Part shown: one piece after another, positions 24,226-35,300 of the stretch
Numbering within the stretch: position 1 is the first letter of the stretch
Layout: every line of letters starts with the position of its first letter
Position numbers and translations under genes: made by a program
NCBI GenBank assembly: GCA_965644295.1
Contig: CBFFRP010000148.1
Location: 62,001-126,000, forward strand
Direction: 5' to 3'
Length of the DNA: 64,000 nucleotides
Source of the DNA: Paraphysomonas bandaiensis
Taxonomy: Eukaryota > Protista > Chrysophyceae
The notes under the pieces: generated by a model
What the model was told of the DNA's origin: nothing
The model's database searches: none
What the model saw: the letters and a program-made list of their open reading frames with translations, nothing else

Positions 24226-24889
24226 ATGGGTTGCCAATAGTGCACTGTCGTGGTTAGCTCTTGGTCCAATCCCAAGAAAGGAGTCTATATTCTGACAATG
24301 TTACGTATTGTTAGTCAGCTTGTGTTAGTAGGGCTCTTTCTTTGTGCTGTAGTAATAAAAAGTAAACCGATTAATGTGTTTTACTGGGTGTAGTTTCGTG
24401 AGATGACTTTGCTTACCTTGTATCTCACTAGAAGGAAGGCGAGGTCACCTTGCGTACGTGTAAATGAAATCCATGAAGCAAAAGTGCCTACTTCTTAATT
24501 CTGCCCTACACTATATAAAAGCTTTCGTACATCTATAAGCATTATTGTATGAGAAACACTTTCTAAGAGACAAGGCACAATTCCATGTACTATAAATCGA
24601 AATTACATGCAGTAAATTTTATTCTGGCATGACAATCAGAACATTTACCGTGAAGATATTTTCGTATTTTGCAGAATTAGTTATTTTCTTTTTCGACTGC
24701 ACACTTACACAATTCATAATTCAAATGCCTAGCTACTTAATTCGCGATTTTGGCGTAAAACGACACATTAGTACTGCATATATCATATATCACCACAACA
24801 ATTCATACGTTAGGCCCAAGTAAACACTTTTGTTGCGCACATATTTCCAAATATCATTACCATTATCAGTAGAATTGATATCCAATAGT

Positions 24890-26590
24890 TTAGTTGATGC
24901 GCAGTCGCCTTTGCGCATAACAAGAGCCTGGGTTGGGAGGGCTACTGCGCGCCTTATTATTGAGAACAGGGGCGGCAGCTATCCCACGTTCTGCAAGCAA
25001 GCACCTAAAAGTTTGAAGTCTGTCCTCTGCACTCTCAATGTCAGTTTGGTCTTTAGGTGACCAGAGTCTCTCTGCTACCGCAGCAGCTCGTGGCCAAATC
25101 GTCGCGTCGAGGTCGGATGGGTCCACAGTTTCTCCCCACATGCAAGCTTCGCCACCCAGAATAAGGGTGGGATCAGAGGTTGGTGATAAGTCATCTGTAG
25201 GCTCATTGGTATACATGTCTTCCCAGGTAGTGTCCAAATGGCTAGAAAAGAGGGGTTATAAGTATGTTAGCGAACAGGTTAACGACAACTTACTCCAAGT
25301 ACCAGAGAGCTTGATTTGACAAAAGGGCTTTGTAACCAGCAGTCAAAACATCATCTAGTGTACTCTTGTCTTTCCATACGTGTACCAGCGTATCATTATC
25401 AAGTGCGCTGCCAAAATGTTCGAAGACTTCCACCCACTGCACGGGGATACGTCCCTGCTCCCGTGCAATTGAGGCTGCCCGGTCGAGGAAATACTTGTAA
25501 ATGTCTTCATTACTTTCCAGGCCCTGCTTTTTGGCCCATTCCTGAATATGCTCCGAAACAGTCCAGCACGTGTAATCAACCTCATCGCCCCCAAGGTGAA
25601 TCAATGAGTACGGGAACGTTCCCTCACCCGCCGCTCTTCCCGTACACTCCCCTAAAAGCCCATCAATAACATCGAATGTTAGCTCATTAGAAGGATCTAA
25701 AGGTTGTAGGCAGATGTTTGATGGACATATCTCAGGGTATCCCGCGCACCAAGAAGCAGCGTGCCCTGGAACATCGAACTCAATCATCACTCTCACCCCA
25801 CGTTCCCTCCCATACTCGACAAGAGATGCGATATCATCATGTCTGTATCTCTCAACGGGTGTATAAGCACCTTTCCAGAGATCAGGGTAACTCAGTGATT
25901 GAAATGGAAAGCTCTGTGTATCCACAGCATGCCAATGAAGGACTATATACACAAGTTATCCATATAATACACACATATCTACATCATACCATTGAATTTC
26001 GCATAAGAAAGAGCATCAATTGTTCTCTCAATCTCTGCTATTGGCTGATAATGACGAGATGTATCAAGTAATAAGCCACGATGAGGATATCTCGGTGTAT
26101 CTTGTATTGTAATTGGCACAGAGTCTATATAATACACACCCGTGTCATAGTTATACAGTATTAACTGACTGAGTGTCTCTAGACCCCTTAATGCCCCATA
26201 TACAGTCTCAGCTACTAAATGAATTGTATCATTAGTTGAAATGATTAATGAATATGATTCATTTGTATTTAATTGTGGATAGATTTCAGATTCATTATAT
26301 ACAGTGACCATCACCTTATTAATAAGAGGTGTCACAGTATGCTCTATATCAGAGTATGTATGTATGAATATAAGGGATGTATAGCGATCATATGCTTTTG
26401 ATAGGGTCTTAATATCATCATCATCAGCAGATTGTGTAATGAAGTGAAGTTGTGAAGAGATATATATAGTAGATTGACCATATGTAATATGTGTAGGAGC
26501 AGGCCATATAGATGGGGAGATGTACTGCTGTATATCTGTACAGGTACATACAGATAGTACGGCAGTTAATATGTAGAGGAAGTGAATCAT
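24890..26590 (-). CDS. Beta-N-acetylhexosaminidase, GH20 (3 exons)
   Basis: Signal peptide; PRYPHRGLLLDTSRHY, HWHAVDTQSFP, EFDVPGH, catalytic HLGGDEV, GGEACMWGE and WPRAAAVAERLWS. Confidence 0.96.
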
Positions 26591-26853
26591 AGGAAGAATT
26601 GTGTATGAAGTGTATCTAATTGAATGACAGGAGAGGGTGATGTAGTGGTAGTAATGTTACACTAGATAGATATGCGGAATTATGATGGTGATCTATAGAC
26701 TGTACCGCTGTATGTATCTAGATATACACTACAGCAACGACGTAGATAGAGAACAGGAACCGGGAGTACATACAGCAGTCAGAAGATATCTAGCAGATGA
26801 CAAGGTACAGTATGTAGTGTACTGTACTACACTGCTGTATGCTGTACGTATGT

Positions 26854-26917
26854 TGTATGTATGTATGTATGTATGTATGTATGTATGTATGTATGTATGT
26901 ATGTATGCATGTATGTA
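26854..26917. repeat. (TATG)n microsatellite, about 60 bp
   Basis: Between the divergent starts at 26590 (-) and 27030 (+). Confidence 0.97.
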
Positions 26918-27029
26918 CGATAATACACACCTGTATACAGCAGTACATAATAACTTAACATCATTGACATCAACATATACATACATACATATATTAATCA
27001 ACACGCACAGCACTATCCACTCCCCAAAC

Positions 27030-28319
27030 ATGAAATCTCCCAACCAAACAACAGTTTTAGATAAACTTCGTTCATTTGGTTTCCGTGTCCGTCCAGAGGG
27101 AGTGGAGGGTGAGTATGAGGAGGCTTACAACAAGCTGTTAGCTATGGACTTTAGAAAGAGCAAAATACTGGATCCATTCTTTGATTCAGATCTAAATACA
27201 GCTGATAATAGGGTGATATACGGTCCTGTAGTACTTCAGATTGTATCTGTAGCGAATATATCTCAACCTTCTAGAAGACAACATGAGGAGAGTGGTAACA
27301 GAGTATTAGTTGTGAAGATGACAGATGGTCATATGTCTGTATATGGAGTGGAGAAAGAACATTGTTCACAGTTATCACTGAAACTAGCACCAGGAAGTAA
27401 AATATTGCTACAGGGAGAGATTAGAGTATGTCTAGGAAAGCTCCTTCTTGTCAACTCTAATGTGAAAGTGGTGGGCGGGTGTGTGCAGCATCTGCTCGAG
27501 GCATGGCAAACAAATAGGCACACCCAGCAGCATCGTGCCAATAAAAAGAAACAGGATGGACCAACTGCTCCTCCTTCATTTGAGCTCAATATCCAAAGAG
27601 GTACTGGCCAACAGGGTAAGACTGTTAAAAAGTCAGGAGCTTATGACCCCCAGGAACCTTCACAGATGGGACCTGGAGGAGATAGTAACCGGGGGATGTC
27701 CAAAAAGAAATCTGAAAAGGATAGTAAAGGAGCTGATAAGAAAAAATCAGAGGGCGATGGTCGGGATCCTATACAAAATGATAGCAAGGGTCCTTCGAAG
27801 AAGAAACCAGAGTTACACGACGGCTCTGGAAATCCTCAGAATAACAAAGGTGGAAGTCATGGGACTCATAAAAAGGCCGGAAGAGGGCATGATTCTCGAG
27901 GAACTCAGCGTAAGTCAGGGGAGGACAAAGGAATGGATATTTCGCGTAAGACAACAAGTGGTGCACATGACAGTAAGGGATCTTCTCAGGAAGTGTCAGG
28001 AAGAGCAGTTGATAATCGGAAGCATTCTCAGAAGAAATCAGGGGGATACGATGAGCGGGGCGGTACCCAAAACCATTCAGAGGCAGGTAAAAGCCGGGGA
28101 CAGCCCAACAAAAAATCAGGGGGTAGAGGGACACAAGGACGTGGCCATACTAGTAGTTCTGGAAGAGGCAGAGGCAGGGGTGGTCATGAGCGTCCATTTC
28201 CACCCCCTCCCAACAAAACAAAGGTTCGCGGCGACAAGACGACAACAAGTAGTGGCCGTGCTCCGCCGACAACCTTCATGTCTTCACTTATACCACCCCT
28301 CCCTCCTAGTAGTAAGTAG
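27030..28319 (+). CDS. TDRD3/RMI1-type N-terminal OB-fold protein with a K/G/S-rich and RG-rich tail
   Basis: GPVVLQIVSVANISQP...RVLVVKMTDG...GVE...LAPGSKILL...GKLLLVNSNVKVVGG is the topoisomerase III partner OB-fold pattern. No Tudor domain is visible. Confidence 0.85.
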   Translation: MKSPNQTTVLDKLRSFGFRVRPEGVEGEYEEAYNKLLAMDFRKSKILDPFFDSDLNTADNRVIYGPVVLQIVSVANISQPSRRQHEESGNRVLVVKMTDGHMSVYGVEKEHCSQLSLKLAPGSKILLQGEIRVCLGKLLLVNSNVKVVGGCVQHLLEAWQTNRHTQQHRANKKKQDGPTAPPSFELNIQRGTGQQGKTVKKSGAYDPQEPSQMGPGGDSNRGMSKKKSEKDSKGADKKKSEGDGRDPIQNDSKGPSKKKPELHDGSGNPQNNKGGSHGTHKKAGRGHDSRGTQRKSGEDKGMDISRKTTSGAHDSKGSSQEVSGRAVDNRKHSQKKSGGYDERGGTQNHSEAGKSRGQPNKKSGGRGTQGRGHTSSSGRGRGRGGHERPFPPPPNKTKVRGDKTTTSSGRAPPTTFMSSLIPPLPPSSK

Positions 28320-28947
28320 ACAGTTTAATGCGCTTCTAATATGATTAATGCGCTGGAAAGTATTCAAATAATAATATTTTCTCCGTAGAATATATTTAGA
28401 TGCGGTTTTATCATATTTCCTACCTGTTTCCTAACCCTACCTAACCATAAAAATTGGTACACACCTATTACATTATTACCTATGTAAAAAGAATTGATAC
28501 ACTACGTATCAAAGAAAACGGTACATTACCAACCTATACATTAATTAATCGTGCCGAATGTCTACTACTACAGATTTAATAACGAAATAGATCACAGCAG
28601 AATAGCTGTGCCCCACTTGATCGTCAACAGCACAATAACAACCATACAATAAGCATCACACTTCATTAGATTAAGTGAAAGAGGATGATGAAGATGAAGA
28701 GGCAACTCGTTCACTTAAGGGAATGGAAAACGCATGAAAATATGACTTAGAAACTGAATAGAAAATAATTTAATTCGAAAAAAACTGAGTCCTATGCATC
28801 AGGTAGTGATGCAACCTGTTCTTGTTGTGGTTGCATTTTATGATTGATAAGATACGAGTGTTGCCTGGTACCTGGTAACGGTATGTGATACTAATAAAAC
28901 CGGTGTTATCTCCAAATATGGGGGTTAGTACTATACGAGAAATAAGC

Positions 28948-29277
28948 TGCTGTAGTTTAGAACTTTTGATTTATATATTCAAGTGACTAATACAGTAGAT
29001 AAATTCTACTTTTTGTAACGCTATCGGCGAACCCGCACTTAACTGGGGTAAGTCATCAGACATACTCACACCAGGGCTGCGTATCTGCATAATATCAATA
29101 AACTGCTAATTAATTGATGCAGATCGTAGTCAATTATGATTGCAAACTATTACTTGCTGTCCCATTCAGTTGCAATTAATTGAAAATTATTAAATTGATA
29201 CATAGTCTTGATACACACTGTGTATTCGATAGAAATCGCTGCTTTTTATAAAAGTTCCTATATATGACACTAGAATT
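28948..29277 (+). repeat. ~330-bp dispersed repeat with a nested hAT-type MITE at 29072-29210 (second copy 46876-47189)
   Basis: Colinear similarity to 46876-47189. Inner ends cagggctgcgtatc...gatacatagtcttg form an imperfect TIR. Confidence 0.88.
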
Positions 29278-29741
29278 CAGAGGTCGTATGGGACTTAATC
29301 AAGTATTAGTTAGGTACCCGCCCGGCCCCCACCCGGCAGTACGCGCTCAGAATGGAAGCATATTGGAGTACTCGACCTTGGCAGACCTAGTTCTGTTGCG
29401 CAGTCTTGTTCTCCTCAATCAGATGTCGCCTCTCTTGTACCATCACACTTCCTCTTGACCCTGTTGCTGGACACAATGGAGCACCCTCATATCCCACTGA
29501 TGTCCAGCTATACACTCTCTTCCATATGCTCAAGGCAGCAAACGAGCAAATTCCGACGCTTCTTCACAGTAGGCCATAACCTTTTGCAAGACCTTCATCC
29601 GCATACCTCCGAGCCAGTTGGCACAATGTCTAAGGGAAGGCCACCAGACTAAACCGGTATACACCAACTAACTTTGTCCGTCATTACTATTCTATCTATA
29701 CTATCATTAACAACTTCTTCAAAACTGCAGGTACTGTCAAT

Positions 29742-31334
29742 TTAGCACTTGCCTTCATTGCATAGACGACTAATCAACTCTAAAATATCTGTAGGAATAG
29801 GGGCACATAAACGCACTGCACAGCCATTGACATCCACAAACTCTAAGCGATAAGAGTGGAGCATTAATCTATTCATTGCGGTGGAATCATTACATCTAAA
29901 CTTCCCACTCCTCCCATATTTCACATCGCCAACAAGTGGATAGCCTGCATGCGCAATATGAGCTCTAATCTGATGTGTACGACCAGTCAGCGGCTTGAAA
30001 AGAACCAGACTGTAATTGCTTCTCCTGTCTGTTTGCGGATTTTCATCTCCACAAAAAACATAAATGCAAATATACTTCGTTACACTGGGCTTCCCTGTGT
30101 GGTGGGGAAATGACTTCAGAGTATCGCCCCCACATGCTTAAGCTTTACATCTATTGTACGAATGGCTCATCCTTCGACATTGCCATATACAACGCAAAAG
30201 TAATCCACGATTTTTGAATAGCGAAGTCAAATGTGTTTCAGAGGAGGGCGACAATGGGAGAACAGCGGCACCACTGGTGGGTTGGTCTAACCTGCTCACA
30301 CTGCGAATTATGTACTGCCCAGAAAGTGAGTCTTCAGGGAATAACTGTAGATTATGCTGAGCAAAAGAGACGAGCTTTTCAATTCGTAATCCCGACGGCT
30401 TATTGACCACTGAATAACTGCCTGGCTCAACCGCGAGAAACTAAAGTTCCGTAATATCACTAAAAACGCGTCCGTTGACGTTATCCACTGCTAATATGTC
30501 ATATTTTCTCTGGTCTATGAATACTACACCCTCGCTACAGCACTGTGAGTCATCAAAAAGTTGAGAGTACGTGGGACATGTAGGTAGAGCATCAAATACA
30601 CTAACGCAACGACCATGCAGTGCAGCACACGACCTAATAGAATCATTGTTCCGGATGCGACTAAGTGACACTCTTCCACGTTTACAGAGTAAGGGTATAT
30701 GAAGCATCAGACAGTCCAACAGATCAGTAGGTAGTGCCAAGCAGGAATTTGGAGTATTCGAGAGGGGTGAAGGGACAGCTGGTAGAACGACCTTTATGTT
30801 TCTAAGTGAATGTGCTGTGTACACGCCTTTCTCGGGGGCAGGGTGGACTACACTTATCGCACTGGGCCCGTGATGGAGGAGAGGACAAGTAGTTCCCGCG
30901 AAGCAGGTGCCCACCACTGCGGAGCCCCATACTTGTATCGCCGATTATACGGGAGGTGAATTGTTGGCATTTCCCTTAAAATAGCCCCGCAATGCTTTCA
31001 CCACACGATTACGAGATGTAATTTGTGATAAGGGTATTGTATCGATAGAATAATTACAGACTTTCATTCTAAAGTTGTTTAGTTCCCATACAATAGACGA
31101 TACTACATCGGATACCAACTTACAGGACCACTGTGACAACAATTTATTATCACTACTTATGCAATTTTCCTTCTTGTGCATTCGTATATGTCTAAATAGC
31201 TCCTTACAACTGCAAAAACAAGCTGAACAATAGTTGAAAATATACTTGTTTATTGTCGTATCCGACACATGCTGGAATGTTTGTCGTCCAATTGGAAGCT
31301 AAGCTGACTTTCGTTGCGGCACAATCATTCCCAT
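29742..31334 (-). pseudogene. RluA-family pseudouridine synthase with N-terminal zinc-finger-like motifs, disabled
   Basis: [40 protein letters not shown] and RLMLHS are present. In-frame TAA (30945-30947) and TAG (30441-30443). The motif-II-like segment DYFCVVYGNVEG*AIRTIDVKL is out of frame and contains TGA. Confidence 0.8.
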
Positions 31335-31953
31335 CTGTGACTCTATATGACACGTGCCGTCCTCTTTGAGTAGATCCACTGCAATCACCACAACCAGCCG
31401 GCTGTTGTCACACTCCTGTGAAGCATCTTTACCTGACATGGTCTATGCGTGCTTATTGAGATCAAGTGCTGTGGACATCAATCGAATCCTGTCCGTGGAC
31501 AAACACCATACATCACAACAGCACTGTGAATTGATATTGTATGCACTGCTGCCTTGTGGTTTAACGTTACAGTGCATTCTAGATACGGTGAACAGCATGC
31601 ACCATATGCAGAACTGTGTGCATCACAATGACATTGTATAAAAAAACAGTTTGGGTAGAAAACACCAGATATTTTGTATAAACCTCAGTTTTTGAATATT
31701 AAAACCAATGGTTTTATACTCAAAAACTATGGAATGTATGCTTAAAATACCATAGCAGGGTACTCCTACTGCTGTCCTTAAGGCTGGTGAGAGCGCCATG
31801 TCATCACATGATATGAAGGCGTTGTCATCTCTTGACTAAACAACACAGTTGTAGCTCCATAATGATTGTTAAGATTATAGAAATTTAGATTCTCCTATAC
31901 TCTGTATGCGTTCAAAGAGTTTGATTGAGTAACTTGTAGGTACTTTGGAAGTG

Positions 31954-32026
31954 GTCTTCACAGACAGTCTTCACAGACAGCCTTCACAGACAGTCTACAC
32001 AGACAGTCTTCACAGACAGTCTTCAC
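31954..32026. repeat. 13-bp minisatellite (GTCTTCACAGACA) x about 5.6
   Basis: Direct tandem copies with few substitutions, about 290 bp upstream of the ITPR-like start. Confidence 0.95.
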
Positions 32027-32314
32027 CAAACTGATAATGTAAGATAGAAAACATTTCCATCATTACAATGTCTGTATATACATCCAACAGGAAGGGGCGA
32101 TGTATGTATATACAAACTATACAAACTAAAAAACTGAATATTTTGACCTTTAAAGATTCATCAAAAGGGACTTATTTCAAAAAGTTCCAAATTAGGACAA
32201 ATAGATTCGTTACTTCAAATATATGCATGATCTCATGCTATCAATAGAATGTAGAGCGATAACCTGCATACATTCGACTTTGATAGACATTGATATCAAC
32301 TACTTCTTTGAATA

Positions 32315-35300
32315 ATGGAGTCTTATTTACGTCATGGTGATATTATCTTACTGGAATCGGAGCGGAATTGCTTCCTATCCGTTGATCCGATATCTAAGTT
32401 GGCTATATGGGAGCTGTCTCCTGATAGGGAGAATCCTCCGGCCAATACTGAAAACTGTATCTGGCGTATCGTTCCACGACTGTCGTATGTTGACCAAGAA
32501 ATGTATCATACTACCCTAGAGACAGCAAAGGCTCCTGCCGATGTAGCGAGGGATATAGAGCATCAGGCTCTACAGGAGAAGGGAAGGAACGAACAAGACA
32601 TCAAATCTATAAAAAGCGATATTCTTTATGGAAATGTGGTGCAGCTGCAACATGTTTCCTCTGGGTTGTTTCTATCGTGTATGCGAACTCCCTCAGTGCA
32701 TGATCCTGATTGTTTTCGGATGTGCGTTGCCGAAGGTTCAGCCGCAGCCTACCTCAAAGTTTCTCCTATGTACAAAATTCGTACCGGTGTGTTATGCTTA
32801 TGGTTGTATATATTGATACTCACACACAGTGCGCAGACGGTGGACACGTTATCCTTGAAGATGATGTGATTTTCTCCTCGCTTTCGATACTGCAGCACTT
32901 CGTGTCGAAGTCACGACGCTGTCGCCCCCTCATGTCGTCACATGGCCTTTTGTACGATGAGTGTAACCTCTCGCGAGACCGGAATTTTACGAAAATTTCC
33001 GTTCGACTTTATTCCCGTGTTGAACCTTACAGTTGTCAATATCTGACTGCTACACAGGGTGTCCGTTTGTTTCATTCTGAAACGAATTCTTTCCTGCAGG
33101 CTTCCTGTGACCTCAGGGATGACGTCTTGACCTATGACGAAACCTGCGGAGCTTATCTGGAGACTATTGACCCCGACGTGCCTTTTGCTCACCATCCTAA
33201 TGCCTTAAAGGCGGCCTCGTTGTGGGCATTTGAAACTACTGACAGACTATCACGTGATTATATAGAATGGAGAAAACAATATCGTATAAAACATATTCCA
33301 ACCAACCGGTTTCTTACTGTCTTATCGTCTAGTGCAAAAGACGGTGGAAGTAACTACATCCTTTCGCTTAGAAAGGAGGAAGCGCAAATTACGAGCAACA
33401 GCCAAATGTTCACCATTCTTCCTGTGGAGCTGTCAGACGGTTATGTGGAGAGTAGCGACGTAATGATACAGCTTGAGAATACTGCTCCCGACGGAACGAA
33501 ACTTTATGTCCGCAAGCCTGATTCGAAAGAGTCGCGATCTATTTTGTTTCTAGGTGATTATATTTTGTATTGGTCGATTGTATTTGACTTTTTGGTTATG
33601 TGGATTAATATTCGTGCAGATGAAACGAGGGATAGCTATGACTCATTCATGCTTATGGAAGTAAAGCGCGATGTCGTCAACCTTGTGCAGCGCAACCACA
33701 CGTACTGGAGCGTTGCCCAAATGTATTGCCAAAACTTTGTTACGGATCGCCCTAAGAATGCGATTGAAATTGTCCAAGAGGCTTACGTGAAGGAGAGGAA
33801 AGGGCTACATAGAGGTATGGCTGATGATTCCACACTACTCGAACTTTAAATTATGACCTCAATCTTTGGATTGCATCTTAAAATATGATGTGTAGGAAGC
33901 TCAATGCGAATGCGGTCATCTAGCATTGGTACTGGTCGCTCCATGCCGAGTAGGTCCATGTCTATTGGTGACAACTCTGTCACGGAAGACGATGGCGGCA
34001 TGGATTTCGACGGTTATTTTGCAGTGGAGATGTCGGATAAGGAGAAAAAAGAAATTTTGCTTGAGACAACGTTTATGATGTTAAAAGAAATTCTGTTCGA
34101 TGTAATTGTTGGTATGTATTGCTATCTCTTACCAGAGCATAGATACCCTCATATCCTTTGATTAAGAGTTGTCGTTCTTTCTCAGGTGATCAAGATGACA
34201 CTACGGATCCTTTTAGTCTGGAGGGTAACTGTGATGAGGTTCTACAAAACTGTGCTCGTGAACAGTTCATGATGGAGGCGCTGCTTACTGTTGTTGTCTG
34301 TCCAGTCGTGTCTGGTCATATATTACAGGAAGATAGCAATGGCCAAGGTATTCTATGACTCTTTCTATAAACCTTTAATGAGTTATATACAGTGGGCAGT
34401 CTTGGAACGAAAGAGCCAATTACATTTAAAAGTGTGCACATGCTGGCGTGGAACACTCTTAAACATCTATATAAGAACAACTGCAAATCGGAGTTGTATT
34501 TTGTGGATGAAATCAATAAGGAATCACTGATAGTCAAGGAAGTCATTACAGTTCTGGATTCATATGTAAAAAAGAAGAGTGATGAAAAGAAAGAACTTAA
34601 GGGAGAGTTACTCAGACAAGTGGACATGTCTAAAGAGGAAGATAACAGCGCTGCAATGAGTTTTGCAATGGCTCGTGTCATGAACCAAATCCCATTACGA
34701 TTAGGGGCGGCTTACGCATTTACCACCCTAATCAGCAATAACCGAAAACTGCTAATGAATTTTGTGAAACCCCAGCGCATGCGTTTTTTTAAGGAGTTGA
34801 TTTCTGAGTGGGGTCCAGATAGACGCTTCCTCGAAGTTTTTCGCGCTATCTGCAGTTGCAAAGGGCAGGCCCTGCAAGTGAATCAAGAGCAGTGTTTAGA
34901 CCTTATTCTCAGCAGCAAAGAAGACCCATTTGTTATCGATGTTGTGACTAAGGAAGTTTTTGACCCAAGAAACAACCCACTGTTGGTCAGCAAGCTTGTG
35001 GATAGCACCAAGGACGTAGATGAAAAAACTACTAGGAATGTCATGCAGGCCACCGCAGGCGCTGCTTCTGAAGAGTTATATCTAGGAATGGACGCTGTTG
35101 ACACAGGTTTCCCGAAGTTGTATGTAAAGTGGACATCGTCGGATAATTGGAAAAGTGGCATGCCTGTGCTATACTACAGCCCTGAAGCTTTGAAACTGCA
35201 AGACGTGAAATCACAATCCGATGGGAGTATACTTGTGCCTATTGAGGCCTTGTCATTCCCATTGACACTGAAAGAGCGAAACATGAAATCTCTTGAAGAC

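Noticed and set aside
30441-30947. In-frame TAA/TAG as evidence of an alternative genetic code
   Set aside because: Conserved neighbours end normally at TAA, TAG or TGA, and the same gene also has frameshifts. A pseudogene is the simpler explanation.
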